A stretch of 51,298 bases of DNA, counting the filler, from Dirinaria sp. TL-2023a (Eukaryota): assembly GCA_051941275.1 (NCBI GenBank). It is 3 parts of 3 records of this genome, joined end to end, with 100 filler letters (N's around TTAATTAATTAA, not from the genome) between each part and the next. Parts side by side here need not be neighbours in the genome. Positions count along the whole stretch, not along the records: positions 34,293 to 51,298 come from JAVEBF010000458.1; 2 more parts are not named here. One strand, 5' to 3'. Every line of letters begins with the position of its first letter. Within the stretch, counting starts at the first letter, position 1. The position numbers were made by a program, and so were the translations under genes. The notes beneath the pieces are model-generated. The model saw nothing but the letters and a program-made list of their open reading frames with translations, searched no databases and had not been told where the DNA came from. Of this stretch, positions 36,215 through 48,603 are shown piece after piece.

Positions 36215-38228
36215 TCATCTTTTCTCGGTGAGGTATTGGTAGGATTCCACAAATTTCTTCAGCGACTCTGGGCCGTCCGAGCCTTTGCAGTTGTCAGACG
36301 GATGACCTTGAGGGGCTCATTAGAGGGCTTACCATAGGGATATTCCTCAGGCACGATATCTTTGGTGCTCTCAAGATGATGCAGTAGCGGGGTGAAGATC
36401 TTCCAACTGGCCTCCAATTCATCCTCTCGTACAGAAAGCGAGTAATCTCCCATCAATGCGTCGAGCAGCAATGCTTCGTACGCTTCGGGCAAATCAGGGT
36501 CTTCCACAATGCCTTTGTAGGTAAGATCTAGCTCGGTGGCCACAGTCTTGAGCTCCAGACCTGGATCCTTGGCGTTCATTTTCAGGCGGACCCCCTCTTT
36601 GGGCTGGATTTGGATGATGAGCTCGTTGTGCATCGTATGCTCGAGCATAGCTGCCGTGGTGTCTTTGAGTTGGATGCGGATCTCCGTTTTGGATTCTCCG
36701 GTTGCTGTCTGAATGAGCTTATCATTCCCGCATCATGGGGAGATTTGGATACCTTTTCCGGCTTTAAGGATGAACGGAACGCCTTCCCACCGCGCATTCT
36801 TCACGTAAGCAACGCTTGTACAGAAGGTTGCACATTTTGAATTTTCCAGCACGCTCTCGTCGTCTTTGTATCCGGGCTTTTTTCCGTCCCTAGATTTTCC
36901 ATACTGGCCAAGTATTGTGTTCTTCATTTCTAGTGGCGGTACAAGGCGCAATAAACGTGCCTGCTCGAGCATTAGCCTACCCTCCAGCACAATCCGATGC
37001 TTAACCGACCTTCTCCTGTCGCATGTCTTCTGCAGAAAAGGAGCCTGGACGCTCCATAGCTATCAATGCAAGCATCTGAGTCAGATCTACTATCGTCTCA
37101 GCGGGCTCATTTGAGAGCAGAGACAATTTTACGGTTCTGCATAACATCGCGAAGAATGCCCACGTCGTCAAAATAACCGCCACGACCTTCTGTACCGATA
37201 GCCTCAGTCATCGAGATCTACTAGACACCTTAGTGAATGTCGAATGCTTCAGCAGCGCGAATAGTTCAACTTGAATATTGTCGATACAATCACACGACCA
37301 GACTGCACCAAACATTGGATTGCCGAATCGCAGGACAAGGATATTCTTGACCATCTCCTTTCCAAGATAATGGTCGATCCGGAAGATTTCGTTTTCGCTC
37401 CAGTTTGGTGCTAGCTTTCTGTGTAGCTCGATAGAGCTCTTCAGATCCCTGCCAAATGGCTTTTCAACCTATAATGTATCAGCGAAACGTTCTCGGCGCG
37501 GACTGCTTCTCTGTCTGGCTTACAATGATCCTTGATACTCCTTTCTTAGATTTGCAGCACCTCCTTAATTGTTCAGATACCGGCACATAAACATTCGGGG
37601 GTAAAGCCATATAGAAGAGCCTGTTTTGCGCTTCCCTCTCTTCTGTAAAGCTCTCCATGAGGTCGCGGAGTTCTTCGAAGGATTTGTCACCTCCATCTTT
37701 ATCGATAGAGATGTAGTGACAAAGCCTGCAAAATTCATCACGTGCCTTCTCTTGATCTTCGTCTTCCGCGCTCACACATGACTTGATGTGGTCGATGTGT
37801 TCATCATGGTTCATTGGCGTCAAGTCGAACCCGATCACTCTAATGCCGCGAGGTAGAATGCCTCTTCGGTACTGGAACTTAAGTAAGAGGAAAAGACAGA
37901 GAAGGTCTTTAGAAAAGCTTACGAGATTGCTCAGAGCTGGATACTATGACAGGGTGTAAGGTACAGGAGACTCGATCAGATTATCACAGTGCGTACAAGC
38001 TTTTTGGTTGCTAAATTACCCGATGCTCCTAACAGTACAATGACCGTATTTTCCTCGAGCCGATGGCTAGAAGGGAAAGAAAAGGCTTTTTGTCAGCGTA
38101 TTTGCCGTGACCTGGACCACGTATGCTCATGAAATGGACATTATCGTTGATTCAAACAAAATGCAATATGAGAGAACGTTCAAAGCTTACTTCTGATCGT
38201 CCTCAGACGCTACTTGTCCCTTTGCCAT
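36215..38228 (-). CDS. Divergent glucose-6-phosphate dehydrogenase (many short exons, including 21-nt exon YPALSNL)
   Basis: [91 protein letters not shown] and [14 protein letters not shown]. The frame is intact after splicing. Confidence 0.92.
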
Positions 38229-38783
38229 TCTTGCAAACGATGGCTCTGGTCTTCCTCTCCCCTGTCGAGATAGGGAGAAAGACAGAATCGTCTACATACC
38301 TGGGTCTACATTGGCCTCCAGTGCGCGTTACGTCACTTCATTCTCGTCATATTTACCTTTAGGTACATATTTACGGAGAACGTGCACAATAATAGCTTGG
38401 CATTCCTAGGGTTGGCTTAGCCTTGATGTATAAAGGTAAGGTAGCCCGATTCTCTGAAAGGTAACATTTAGACCAATGAGCGTGGAATATTGAGATATCG
38501 ATATCAGGTATTGGCGACCACTAGCAAAACATTACCATCAGTCTGAATCATTGCATCCTGTGTGCATTGATCTACTCAGAAATATTCTTAACGTAAAGTA
38601 CAGTTGGGTATCTAGTAGTAACGCCACCCGTAATATTTTCCCATGATATATGCAACTTTTTGCCAGGTCGGATCGCCCCTTTCCCATGACTTGATCGACG
38701 ACCACCCAGCAGAGAGCTGATCCGTCGAATCAGACACCATATCCATGTATTGATGATGTATCGCATTTGCCTTCATCCGAATC

Positions 38784-41700
38784 CTACGGCGATCTGGAGC
38801 TTCCCCCCTTTCCAAATTTGAGGATCAGCTTTGGCCTTTTCTCGGGTTCGGTGGGTGGCTGAGCTGACAGCAGCTGGCTCGATGAAGAGCCAGACGACAG
38901 TGACGAGGCTCCACTCGGTAGAGATGGCGTTTCCTTTTTAGGAGGCTTGAGTGTAAAAGATCGCTTGACGGCAACAGGTGGCGGCATAGTAGCCGGAACA
39001 TTGCTGTTGCTCGTTTCACGGGCCTCTCCAGCATTGGCAAACTTGGGAGTAATAAGCGTTGTTGTTGTTGCGTTGCGGGGTTGCAGTGTAGTTATGCGCT
39101 TAGTCCGGACACGTGAAGCCTTCGAGAAACGGACCTTGCCCTACAGTAATAAGCTCGTTAGTATCGTGTTACTATTAAAGCCTTGGTGTAAACAAGTAAC
39201 GTACCTTCCCGACCTTCGAGCATGCCCAGTACCGAGGGTAATTGAGCACTACCAACATACTCGATATAGCCGGATATAATGTAGCACAGATGTCTAGGAG
39301 CTGAACCATTTCGCTCAATGAGATTATTGGTGACGAAGTTGCGCCCCATAAACCGACCTCAAACTCTTCGTTACCATCCAGCTCAGCTTTTAATGCTTCT
39401 ATCGCTCCAGGTATGGTCTGTTTTCGCTCTAGCTCGAGCTTTCGGGCTTCCGTGGACGTCTCTTGTTCTATGGTTAAGCCATCGTGGTCTGTCACAGTTG
39501 CAGCTGCGGCATCAGAGCTGTCGCCTATGGCAGCGGAGCCCAAGAGTTTTCCCAGGAGCCCAAGCATCCTCTGACGCATGTAAGCGGAAGGATCGGTGCC
39601 TAAAACTACAAAAAACCATCGGAGGATTGCGTTCCTCTTCAATAATCCTATCTTAACCAGGCTTTCGAAAGCTTTAAGCCTAAGGTTGTCTGCTATGCCT
39701 TCTCGCGTATACATCAAGAAGTCTAATAGGTCGAGACTGACGGCACCTGCTTGGGCCAGCTGCAATTTGCAGTCTAGAGATGTTCGTGACAGGATATTAT
39801 CGTGAGACGGAATCCACTCATCGATACGACGATATCTGTCTATCTCCTCAAGGCATGCTGTATGAAAATGCAGATCGTCTCCATCATCGTCCTGCATGTA
39901 ATCATCGCTGTCAACAGGTGCTGGTTTCGTGGACATGGCTTCAGCGAGCGACCCCATCAGAATTGCAAGATAATGTGAGTCAGAGAACTGACTCAGCGTC
40001 AGCTAGAATTTTGCATATTGCCTATTATGTGTTCTCACCTCATTGTTAGAATTGTCATTATATCTCAGCTTCTCAAATAAGAATTTTCTGGCTCTTATTG
40101 GCGAAGTTCTACCGTTATCGCGGACCTTTGCTACCGCTTGTGGTATGGCACACTGGATGTAATATGCGGCACGATCTGAAAAGTCGTTTGGCTTGGGCAT
40201 CTTCGAATCGGGGAAGCAAAAAAGCTCTTCGAATGCCTTCTCAAGATGATGTAAACCAATCCAATCGAATTCCTGTTTTGCTTGCTTATGTAAGGCTAAG
40301 GCAGCGGCGGTTCGTATACCATGGAAGTATCGTCGATCCATAAGGGTCCGGACGAATATCGTAGATAGGAGCGGAAGTGCATTCCTGTCCGCCATATACT
40401 GAATGGACTGCTCACGGTTAATTTTGCTGAAGCTGGAGTGGCCTGCTATGATTTACCTCAAGCTGAGCGACCACGTCACGATCTTGCTGTAACTGCGACA
40501 GGTACATGTAACCCGGCATTTGAATGTCCATCTTGCAAATCCATTCAAAATCGGCATCCATCCGTATCCATTCATATGATTCTTGGCTCATCCTGTCTTC
40601 TTCCTCCTTGGTCCAGTCCGACAGTTTCCAATCTTGGATCTCTTCTTCACTCTGCAACACGTCGCCTAGGCAGTATAGGAGGACATCATCATTCCCGTCA
40701 GCAGCATACTCGATCCCTGCAGCAGCCGAAGTTCTTTCCTTCTGCCGTCTGCTACGCTTTAGCCGCTTGTATTTGGTATTGTAAGGAATATCGAATTTAG
40801 TTTGCGCCTCCTTGATTTCGATGATATGTTCGTATGGTGTACCATCAGCTTCGTGTATGCGAATAGTCATCGGACCCTGCCAGACTTAGTACTAATCACT
40901 CACTCGAGAATGGAGTAGGATTCGGAGACCAACTGTAAAGACAGGCTGGACAGCGCCTGCGTATACGCCACGATCGTCTTCTTTTACTTCTCGCATGAAC
41001 GTGTCCTTATCCAAGTCCCGTGCTCCTGCTTCTTCCTGGATCTGACGAACCAACATCTCTACTACCAGCTTCTTCTTATTGAATCTCTGCGATACCTGGA
41101 ACCTTGGACACCCAGCGCCGTAAACCCATTGCGTCATGAAGACGTCCATTTTGGTGTGACCGAGTTTCTCGCACTGCTTGATGAAGTAATTCGTGTTGAT
41201 AGCAGCATTAACCATATCACCCACCTTGGCGTTAAGGAAGAGTCTCATTATGATCCGTGAAAGTCCGGTAGAGCCACCGGCTTTGTGTAGCCTCCTGTCG
41301 AGTATAAAGAGTACTAGCGGTGCTTTGAGCTCCATAAATTCAAGCTCAAACGGGTCCAGCGCAAGAATCGAACCCAGTTCATAAAGCGGCGGTCTCGCCA
41401 CGTCGAGCTTGAACACCTGATCGGCCGCCTTCTTCTGACGATACCGGTAGTCATTGTTTCCGGACAGTTTTTTTAAGAAGAGATCTGTAATGAAATACGC
41501 TATACCAACGACCACCCATGTATCTTCAGGGGATTCTGGTATGATGTTGATGCCCATCCACTGCACGGCCAAAGAATGAACCAATTGACGGGTTACTGAG
41601 TCTAAAGGCTCAATGATATCTTCTGAAAATAGAAGCCGACTGCTACATATTGACAACGAGGCTGTATCGTTAACATGTGCGGCATTGTCATCCACAAAGC

Positions 41701-42958
41701 AGAGCTTGTAGGTCCCAAATGGGTAAGAGCCATAATTGATAATGAAGAAGTCTAAGGCCTACAAGCATATCAGCACGACATTTTGTAAAGGTAAATTCAG
41801 GAAATCCTACCATGGCTATTGGAAGACACGTGTTTTTTAAATCGTCAGTTCTGCCTGGGAGACAGAATCCATACGTCCCAATAGCATTTTGCCCAAACCT
41901 ATCATCTTCTTCCCCTTCGCGCAATTCTCCGAGATCGACACGCTCGAATGGCCCAATCGCAAAACCAACATGATGAGCAGCGATCGGAACTGCGCAGTGG
42001 AAAGAGGTGATTTTTTTAGAAGAATCGGTTGCATTGACGATCTAAACGTGTAAGTCAAGGTCTGCTAGATGATTAGTTATCTCACCTCATCTGTGAGCTC
42101 TCCTGTGCCAACCACGACCAGATCTAACAATTTATCTTCCTCACTAAAGCTATCCCGCGACAGCGTGGACTCCTCAGTAGCGTGTTGTCCATTCACACCA
42201 TTCAAGGAAGACATTTTGGATGACATTTGAGACTGCCATATTGCATCTCCAATAGTTCTAGAGCATGTGATCGAGATGTCCCAAGTGCATCGAGACGTCA
42301 GCTTATCAATGCATGGAAACAAGCAGCATGCTGCCCCTGTTGCTGCAGATTGTGTGGTATAGGCATGAGGGTAGCGAAGGTCTGCTTGATCCCATCCAAC
42401 GAACTGCATTCCATCCCGGATCTTATCAATTGTATACTCCACAGTCACAGTCACAGAAGTAAATTGTGAGCCTTGTTCTACCACTGCTCGCGTCCCTTGA
42501 GTTATATCCAGCGAAGACGCATCAGCTGCGTCCTTCTTTGGTAGAAGCACCTTCTGCGCTTCCACTGTGAAGGGATCCAGATCATCTATCTTGACACTTT
42601 TGGGAAACGTTATGACCAGCTCCTCTTCAGGAGGGTCTTTCAACGTGTCTTGTATCTTGCTCTTGAGCATTTTCCATTGCCGAACTCCAGCTTTCCATGA
42701 TAAATTTGCTTCCGTGTAGGGATCATCGTAAGTATAATTCGAGCAGGCTTTTCCATTGACGAAGACACGTTTGATGTCGCACTGCCTGCAGTTGAGGCTG
42801 ATACTTTTAAGCCCCTTGAGATGGGGATTGATGTTAATTTCAGTCTTGCCGCGCAAGCTGCGGGACAGCAAATCGATTTCGAGTTCAACCTTCTGATGCA
42901 ATATCGAAAAAGGCGTCTCAGGAACAGAGTCGCTAGAGGTCACGATCAAGCCAACCAT
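38784..42958 (-). CDS. TAF2: TFIID subunit 2 (M1-aminopeptidase-like fold, non-catalytic), multi-exon
   Basis: HQKVELEID, LNCRQC, FPCID, LKAPLVLFILDRRL, QWVYGAGCP, GPMTIRIHEADGTPYEH, EWIRMDADFEW, QLQQDRDVVAQ, YNDNSNNE and RYRRIDEWIPS. Confidence 0.95.
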
Positions 42959-43471
42959 GTTGCCCGGATTGTATCGACAATGCTGTTGCAATCTGCAGAT
43001 TCCTCTTTTGGCCTCACTTCCAGCGATATGGAACAATGGTGTACATCGAGTGTTCCATTGTCAAGCGGTCTGGAACACTGCATTGCTTGGATGACCGACG
43101 TTTTGAAGAGCAACTAATATCTATAGGCATCACGAAAGCCGATCGTAGTAGTCAATTCACCGGTCTTGTCGTTTTGCACAAAACCTCAGAAATTACCTTG
43201 ATATAATGGGCTGCCATGCGGAAGGAAAGGTACCGAGGTACCTTAACGTGCCTTAGGGTTATTGTACCGAGGGTAGGTACCTTACCTTACCTGACCAACT
43301 TAGGTCGCACCCTGAACCCTATACAAGTACCCATAGCCAAACTCATTAATACCTTACGGTTTCAGGACTCTCATGTATGGCCGCTTCTGTCCAAATTCTG
43401 GAAGCATCCCTGACTCAGAACAATTACAATGCTTAAATTACCGACCGAAGCACTTTCGAATCGGTTGCTTG

Positions 43472-44982
43472 CTAAGTCCGACTTCCCCTACGAAATCTAC
43501 GCCGACTCCTCGCACTGGCTGCTAACGCATCCTGCGTCAGAATATCCCCCGGTAGTTCGAAAGGTTTGTCCTTCAAGACCGGCAGTGGCTGTCCGAATGC
43601 GAGTCGTATTCTCCCTCGACGATGCTTGCCGAGAGCAGCATCACGGAGGTATGGTTTAGAATAGAAGGAGGTAAAAGGTTTCTGTTCTGGCGGAGGCTGA
43701 GCAGGCTTAGGCAACGCTGTTTTGCTCCGCACCCGTTGGCCAGTTGCTGAACTTGCTTCCTGGTGTAGCTGACGAGCAGCACACGCGTCGACATCGCTGC
43801 CATCCGGTGCATCGCCATCGTTCATATCCTCTGACGCGGCCTCGCCCTCTTCAGCCATCAGCCTCTCTTCCCTTTCAGTCTTCCGCCGCTTCTCTTCTTC
43901 CTTCCATTCTCTAAACTTTTCCAAAATTAGTTCAATCTCACGAATGAAGTAATCCCGTTTTGGCTCGAACGATTTCTTCCCACCATCAGTAACGCCGTTG
44001 ATTCCCATGATTTTGAGCCAGTCATGACCTTTGAGACTTTCTAGCAAGCGCTCGAGCTGCACTTTTTCATGCATGGCTCGCTCTTTCTCGATGTTGCGCA
44101 GCTGTTTCTCTTGCCTCTCAGCCCGCCGATGGGCCTTAGCATAAAAGTTATCGTCTAATGGATCTTGCAGGCCCACGAATGTGCTGCGATCGATGGTGGA
44201 GAAATCGACTCGTTGAACATCAACAGGCGCGATTGTGCCGTCCAAATCTGAGCTTGCGCTTTGCACCACGTTATTCGTAGTCGGAATCTTAGGAGCCCTT
44301 GAGGGTCGAACCCTATTGAACGCATTACGAACAGGTGCTGTGCTGGGCGGAGCGGGAGCGGGAGCGGTGGTTGTAACAGGTTCGTCGATGATCTGTATGC
44401 GAGTCTCTGCAGTCAAAGCATCTTCGGCGATCAGCGGAAGATCAGTAGCACTTGAAGAATTCACGTACCGGGCCCTTTCGGCTCATCATTAATAAGCTCT
44501 TCGTAATTTGGGAAGTACCACGAGAGTTCGCTCTTCGACCTGGAACCGCCATTCTGGGAGCGTAATGTCCTTTTGTCGCTCTCTTTCACCGCATCACTTG
44601 GACATTCAGACTTGGAATTGGCCGGATTTGCGGATTCATTGCCATTGGTGACCACCCGGTCCGAAGTGTTGTTTTGTTGCACAGGGTTCAGGCTTCGCGG
44701 TTGCTCCGCCTGCGGCTCCACGGCTCTCGTGACCAACTTGCCCGTGCCTGCACCAGACCCCGTACCATTGCTATGGGACCTCGCCTGAGGTCGCGATGTC
44801 GATGGAGGTGAGAGCCGGTGTCGCTTGCTGGCCTGAGATGGATCTGCTTTGGTAAGGGGATCGCGTGTGCGTTTGCCTAGCCGGATACTGTCGGGGGGAT
44901 CCTGTGGGATAGCGGTCGCAATTGGGTCAAGGCCTCCCCTACGTGAAGAGGAACGCGCCGATGGCCTTGCATAAGCGGCCAT
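43472..44982 (-). CDS. SAS4: SAS acetyltransferase complex subunit Sas4-domain protein (intron 44422-44468)
   Basis: RTLRSQNGGSRSKSELSWYFPNYE, then DPLDDNFYAKAHRRAERQEKQLRNIEKERAMHEKVQLERLLESLKGHDWLKIMG. A 47-nt GTACGT...AAG intron joins the two ORFs. Confidence 0.85.
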
Positions 44983-45444
44983 TAGAAGTATTAGTAGCTA
45001 ATAGCATTTTCTATCGTGCTTCCAACTGTTTGAAGTAGACTCATGAAATCATGTTTGTGGAATTACTCTACTTGAAAAACCAGTGATGTGACAAAGCGAG
45101 CCCGGGTGATCCCTTCTAGAGCCGCTTGCCGAGAACGGTAGATAAAACAGCACTTATCACGATACAGCGAACAGTCACTAAGTACTAAGGTGAATTCACC
45201 ATGTATGTCTCCCCGCACAGCCGCTTTGAACTCCGGCCCCGTGTTATACATTGGATTACTGTGGCGGCGAGTTGCCCAAACGCTGTAGACTGATCAATTG
45301 GTTCTACCATATCTCCAGGTGCGGCGCCGGAGTCGCATTCTTGCTGCCTTTCTTGTTTCCAACAATATAAAGATAGTCATCATGTTATCGCAGACCTGAC
45401 AGGAGATAGCCTCTTGACATCGAAATGCTCCTGTGTGATTATTA

Positions 45445-46229
45445 TCATTCGAAGATAAAATCCTTCGTGACCGGCGAGGATGAGAATTCGGGATTGAGCA
45501 AGACACAGGTCAGAAAATAGGCAAGGCCTGCTCGGCGCTTCTCAAGAAACTCGGGTTGAAAACGATCTTGGAGGTCTTTAGCCTTGCTTTCATGCTGCCT
45601 CTTGGGCACGTATAGGACCACCTACTCCAAATACTCTTGGGGGGAAGGAGCGGCATTGCCGCTTTAGAAGATGGGAAGGTTTTCCCCAGCTTTTTGCGCA
45701 AGTCGTCAAAATCGGAGTATCTGGACACACGGGTTTCAGTCCTGAAAGTACAGGCGGGGGCTCTGAATTTATCAACCTTTTCCGAACCACTATTGAGCCT
45801 CCCTGCAAAAGGCGTCAGTTGATGTGGAACACTAGAATGTAGCCCCTGAGAGTTTGTGTGGTGGTAAGAGGAACTTGATGCTAGGGGTGCCTGAAGACTG
45901 ACATCCAATGTGTCGATCTTACAATTCCAAGTTATGTAGTCACCGACGCCCGGCACGCTCCCAGAAACCACGGTATAGGCATTAATGGCAACGGCTTTAG
46001 CCCACAACGGGCTCTTTATGTCCGAGTCGCTTTCCGTATTATCTTCTAGGGTGATTGGCGGCGGCTTGGTAGTTCCGATGGACAAATATGATTCATGACG
46101 GCGATGTTGCCAGTAAATGGGGGTGACGGATGTCGCGTTGTCTTGACCTGCCAAAGGGTCGTGCCTCAACAGCTCCCCAGTGGCGGTACGATGGTGAGGT
46201 GACACACGCTTCTTGTTTCCAGGATCCAT
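45445..46229 (-). CDS. YPT35: PX-domain endosomal/vacuolar adaptor Ypt35-like (3 introns)
   Basis: LWAKAVAINAYTVVSG...YITWNCKIDTLD|GGSIVVRK|RYSDFDDLRKKL..FP...PLLPPKS|..RFQPEFLEKRRAGLAYFLTCVLLNPEFSSSPVTKDFIFE*. Confidence 0.85.
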
Positions 46230-46929
46230 CCATCCATAGAGGCGGAATCCAGCGCGGTGGTCACGTTACCCGATCATTTGGCGGGAACAGTTGTTTTTCA
46301 TGTGAACGAAGACTGTGACTGTGGTCGTGGCGTGAATCAGGTGAGGTAAGGTAAGGTAGGTAATAATGGAATGGCGGGCGAGGCGGGATGGGGAAGCTCG
46401 TATCTCCCCATGGCTCAGAGTTGATGTTCACAGAATTGGGTTTAGTGAACACCCGGCAGAGATCATACTGTCCAATCATTTTACCCCTGCATCGCGCTAT
46501 CTTAGTGTCCGGCTCCCGCGCCGGTAAAGTAAACCCTCTTCACTCTTGGCCGTCTACGATGATCCGTGCAGTGCAGGACATTTTTATCACCGACCCTCCA
46601 TAGGCCTAGTTCGAGAAGCATTCAGCCATTCCACTTTTTTTTTTCCTTCTCCCCCCCAGACTCGAAAGCATTCATTTTTCTTTCGGTGTACTTTAGGCAC
46701 CCGTCTACGAACTCTGTCACTCGTTACCTGCCAAAGAGGCTTCAATTCTCTCGTTGTTTGTGGGATCCACTCCTGGCTTTGGACATACTGTAAGCTCCAA
46801 AATTCCACCTTTTATGCTGTCCTCCCCCCGCCACGCACGGATCCACTCGATCCTTTCTTCTTGCAAACCCTCATGGTTGACGAGTACTCACCAAAGCCTA
46901 GAAGTTTCAACAACTTCCACTCGCTCAAA

Positions 46930-47642
46930 ATGATCTCCACCACTGCCCTTGTAATTGCCTTCACCTTTTCCAAGCTGGTTGCTCCACAGTCCATTGATCC
47001 CAGCTCGGTCGACATAACCACGAGAGGTAAGCTGTTCTAAGACACCAGCCCGAACATCGACGTTACTGACTTAAGCAGATAAGTGGTGTGACGCTCAGAA
47101 AGCCTCGTGTCCCCTGCTTTGCCTCCAGATCCCAGGAGCATCCGCTGCCCCAAGCTCCAACGATTGTACACCGGTAATGGACCTGCCCCATTACTGTCCT
47201 GCACCAAACTGACAATTATCAGAGTTCATTGGCCTTTTCCTGTGTCTGCAGCAACGGCCAGCAGCCGAACGCCTCGCAGTATTCCCAGACGATTCCCTAC
47301 TTCGAATGCACCGAATCGAACACCCAGTGCGCTAACAATTGCGGACAAAACTCGGCTTGCGTGTCATCCTGTCGAACAAGCCATCCTTGCGGTGCGCAAG
47401 ACCCTGTCCGAGTCAACACGTCCACCATCAGCACCATGGCTGCCACGTCGTCGGCAACAGGGAGGGCTGCGGCAACTTCGGGCGGGTCAGCCGTCTATAC
47501 TGGATTTGGAAGCTCATCTACATCGTCCAGCAAACCCGACAAGTCCAGCAAAGCACAGACAATTGCCATCGGAATCGGACGTACATACGGTCTGGTCCTC
47601 GTTCTCGCCGGTGTCTTTGGAGGCTTCACTCTGATGCTATAG
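46930..47642 (+). CDS. Small secreted Cys-rich, probably GPI-anchored cell-surface protein (2 introns)
   Basis: Signal peptide, IDPSSVDITTR|DKWCDAQKASCPLLC...NDC|...CVCSNG..PNASQYSQTIPYFEC...C...C...C...C...HPCGAQDP, an S/T-rich linker and a hydrophobic C-terminus. Confidence 0.82.
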
Positions 47643-48091
47643 GCGGTATAGTCCTCTCCTGGGTCCAAAGTTCTCGACTCGCTGGTGTCCTATCCCAGCC
47701 ATTACAGCTTGCAGCATGCCATTTCCTAATGTCTTCATCTTTCCAGCATAGCAGCATTGTGTCTTTAGCGAAGGAGTTTGCATGTGGAGGAAGTATGGTC
47801 GTCCGGTAATATGGGAAAAAGTTCGGGCTTCACACTTTCCTCATCCGGTCATTTCTAGCAGTACTCTGGCGGCGTAGCGGGTTAATGAAGGTATTGGTAA
47901 TCAAAAAGGCTTCGAGCGTTCCATAAGAATGTCCCACGGTTCCTTGCATTTCGACGTAGTGACTCAGGTCAGGTATGTTTGTTTGACTGATGTGGGTGAC
48001 ATTGAGAACTCTTCTCTACTGAACTTATTTCGTCGACGATACCCCAAGGTAGATGGGTTGTACTTCGTGATCTGCTCCTTCCTCAAACGGA

Positions 48092-48322
48092 TCATCGCCC
48101 AAGCCCAATCCTCCCCTCCCGCGTCTGCACCCTTGGTGTCCTTGTCCTATCGCCAGGCAACGGTTTCAGTTCATCATTGGGATCGATGGCAGGTTTCCCG
48201 TCCGCATTGACGTTTTGACGCGTATTAGCGTTCTCTTGGCGTGCTGAGTTGTCCTTTCGATCCTCGTAAATCGCAAGATCCTCGGAAGTCAGTTGGATCG
48301 CTGTAGGCTTTCGACGGAGCAT
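48092..48322 (-). CDS. CDC26: Anaphase-promoting complex subunit Cdc26/Hcn1
   Basis: Diagnostic N-terminus MLRRKPTAIQLTSEDLAIYED; 76 aa. Confidence 0.85.
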   Translation of the reverse strand: MLRRKPTAIQLTSEDLAIYEDRKDNSARQENANTRQNVNADGKPAIDPNDELKPLPGDRTRTPRVQTREGRIGLGR

Positions 48323-48603
48323 CCTGGTCGTGAAGGACTTCGCAAGAAATGGGTTGGATTCTGAAAGACGTGGGTGGTACCTTATGGTGAGAGGGTGATA
48401 ATGGAGAAGTCAAGGTGCGGGTGGGAAAAATGACATTTGGAGACGGAACCCCAGCGGACCAATCATAATTATGAAGCGCCAGCGCCAAAAGCTTGATGGC
48501 TGATGAGCCGCTTTTCCACTACTGAGGGTTCCCATCCCCAAAATTCCAACATCTGGAGCTGCTGTGCTTCAGTTTGGAAAAACTTTGATCATTATTTCCG
48601 GCC

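Noticed and set aside
44422..44468. Overlapping ORFs in SAS4 suggesting a programmed frameshift
   Set aside because: Explained by an ordinary 47-nt intron (GTACGT...CTGAT...AAG).
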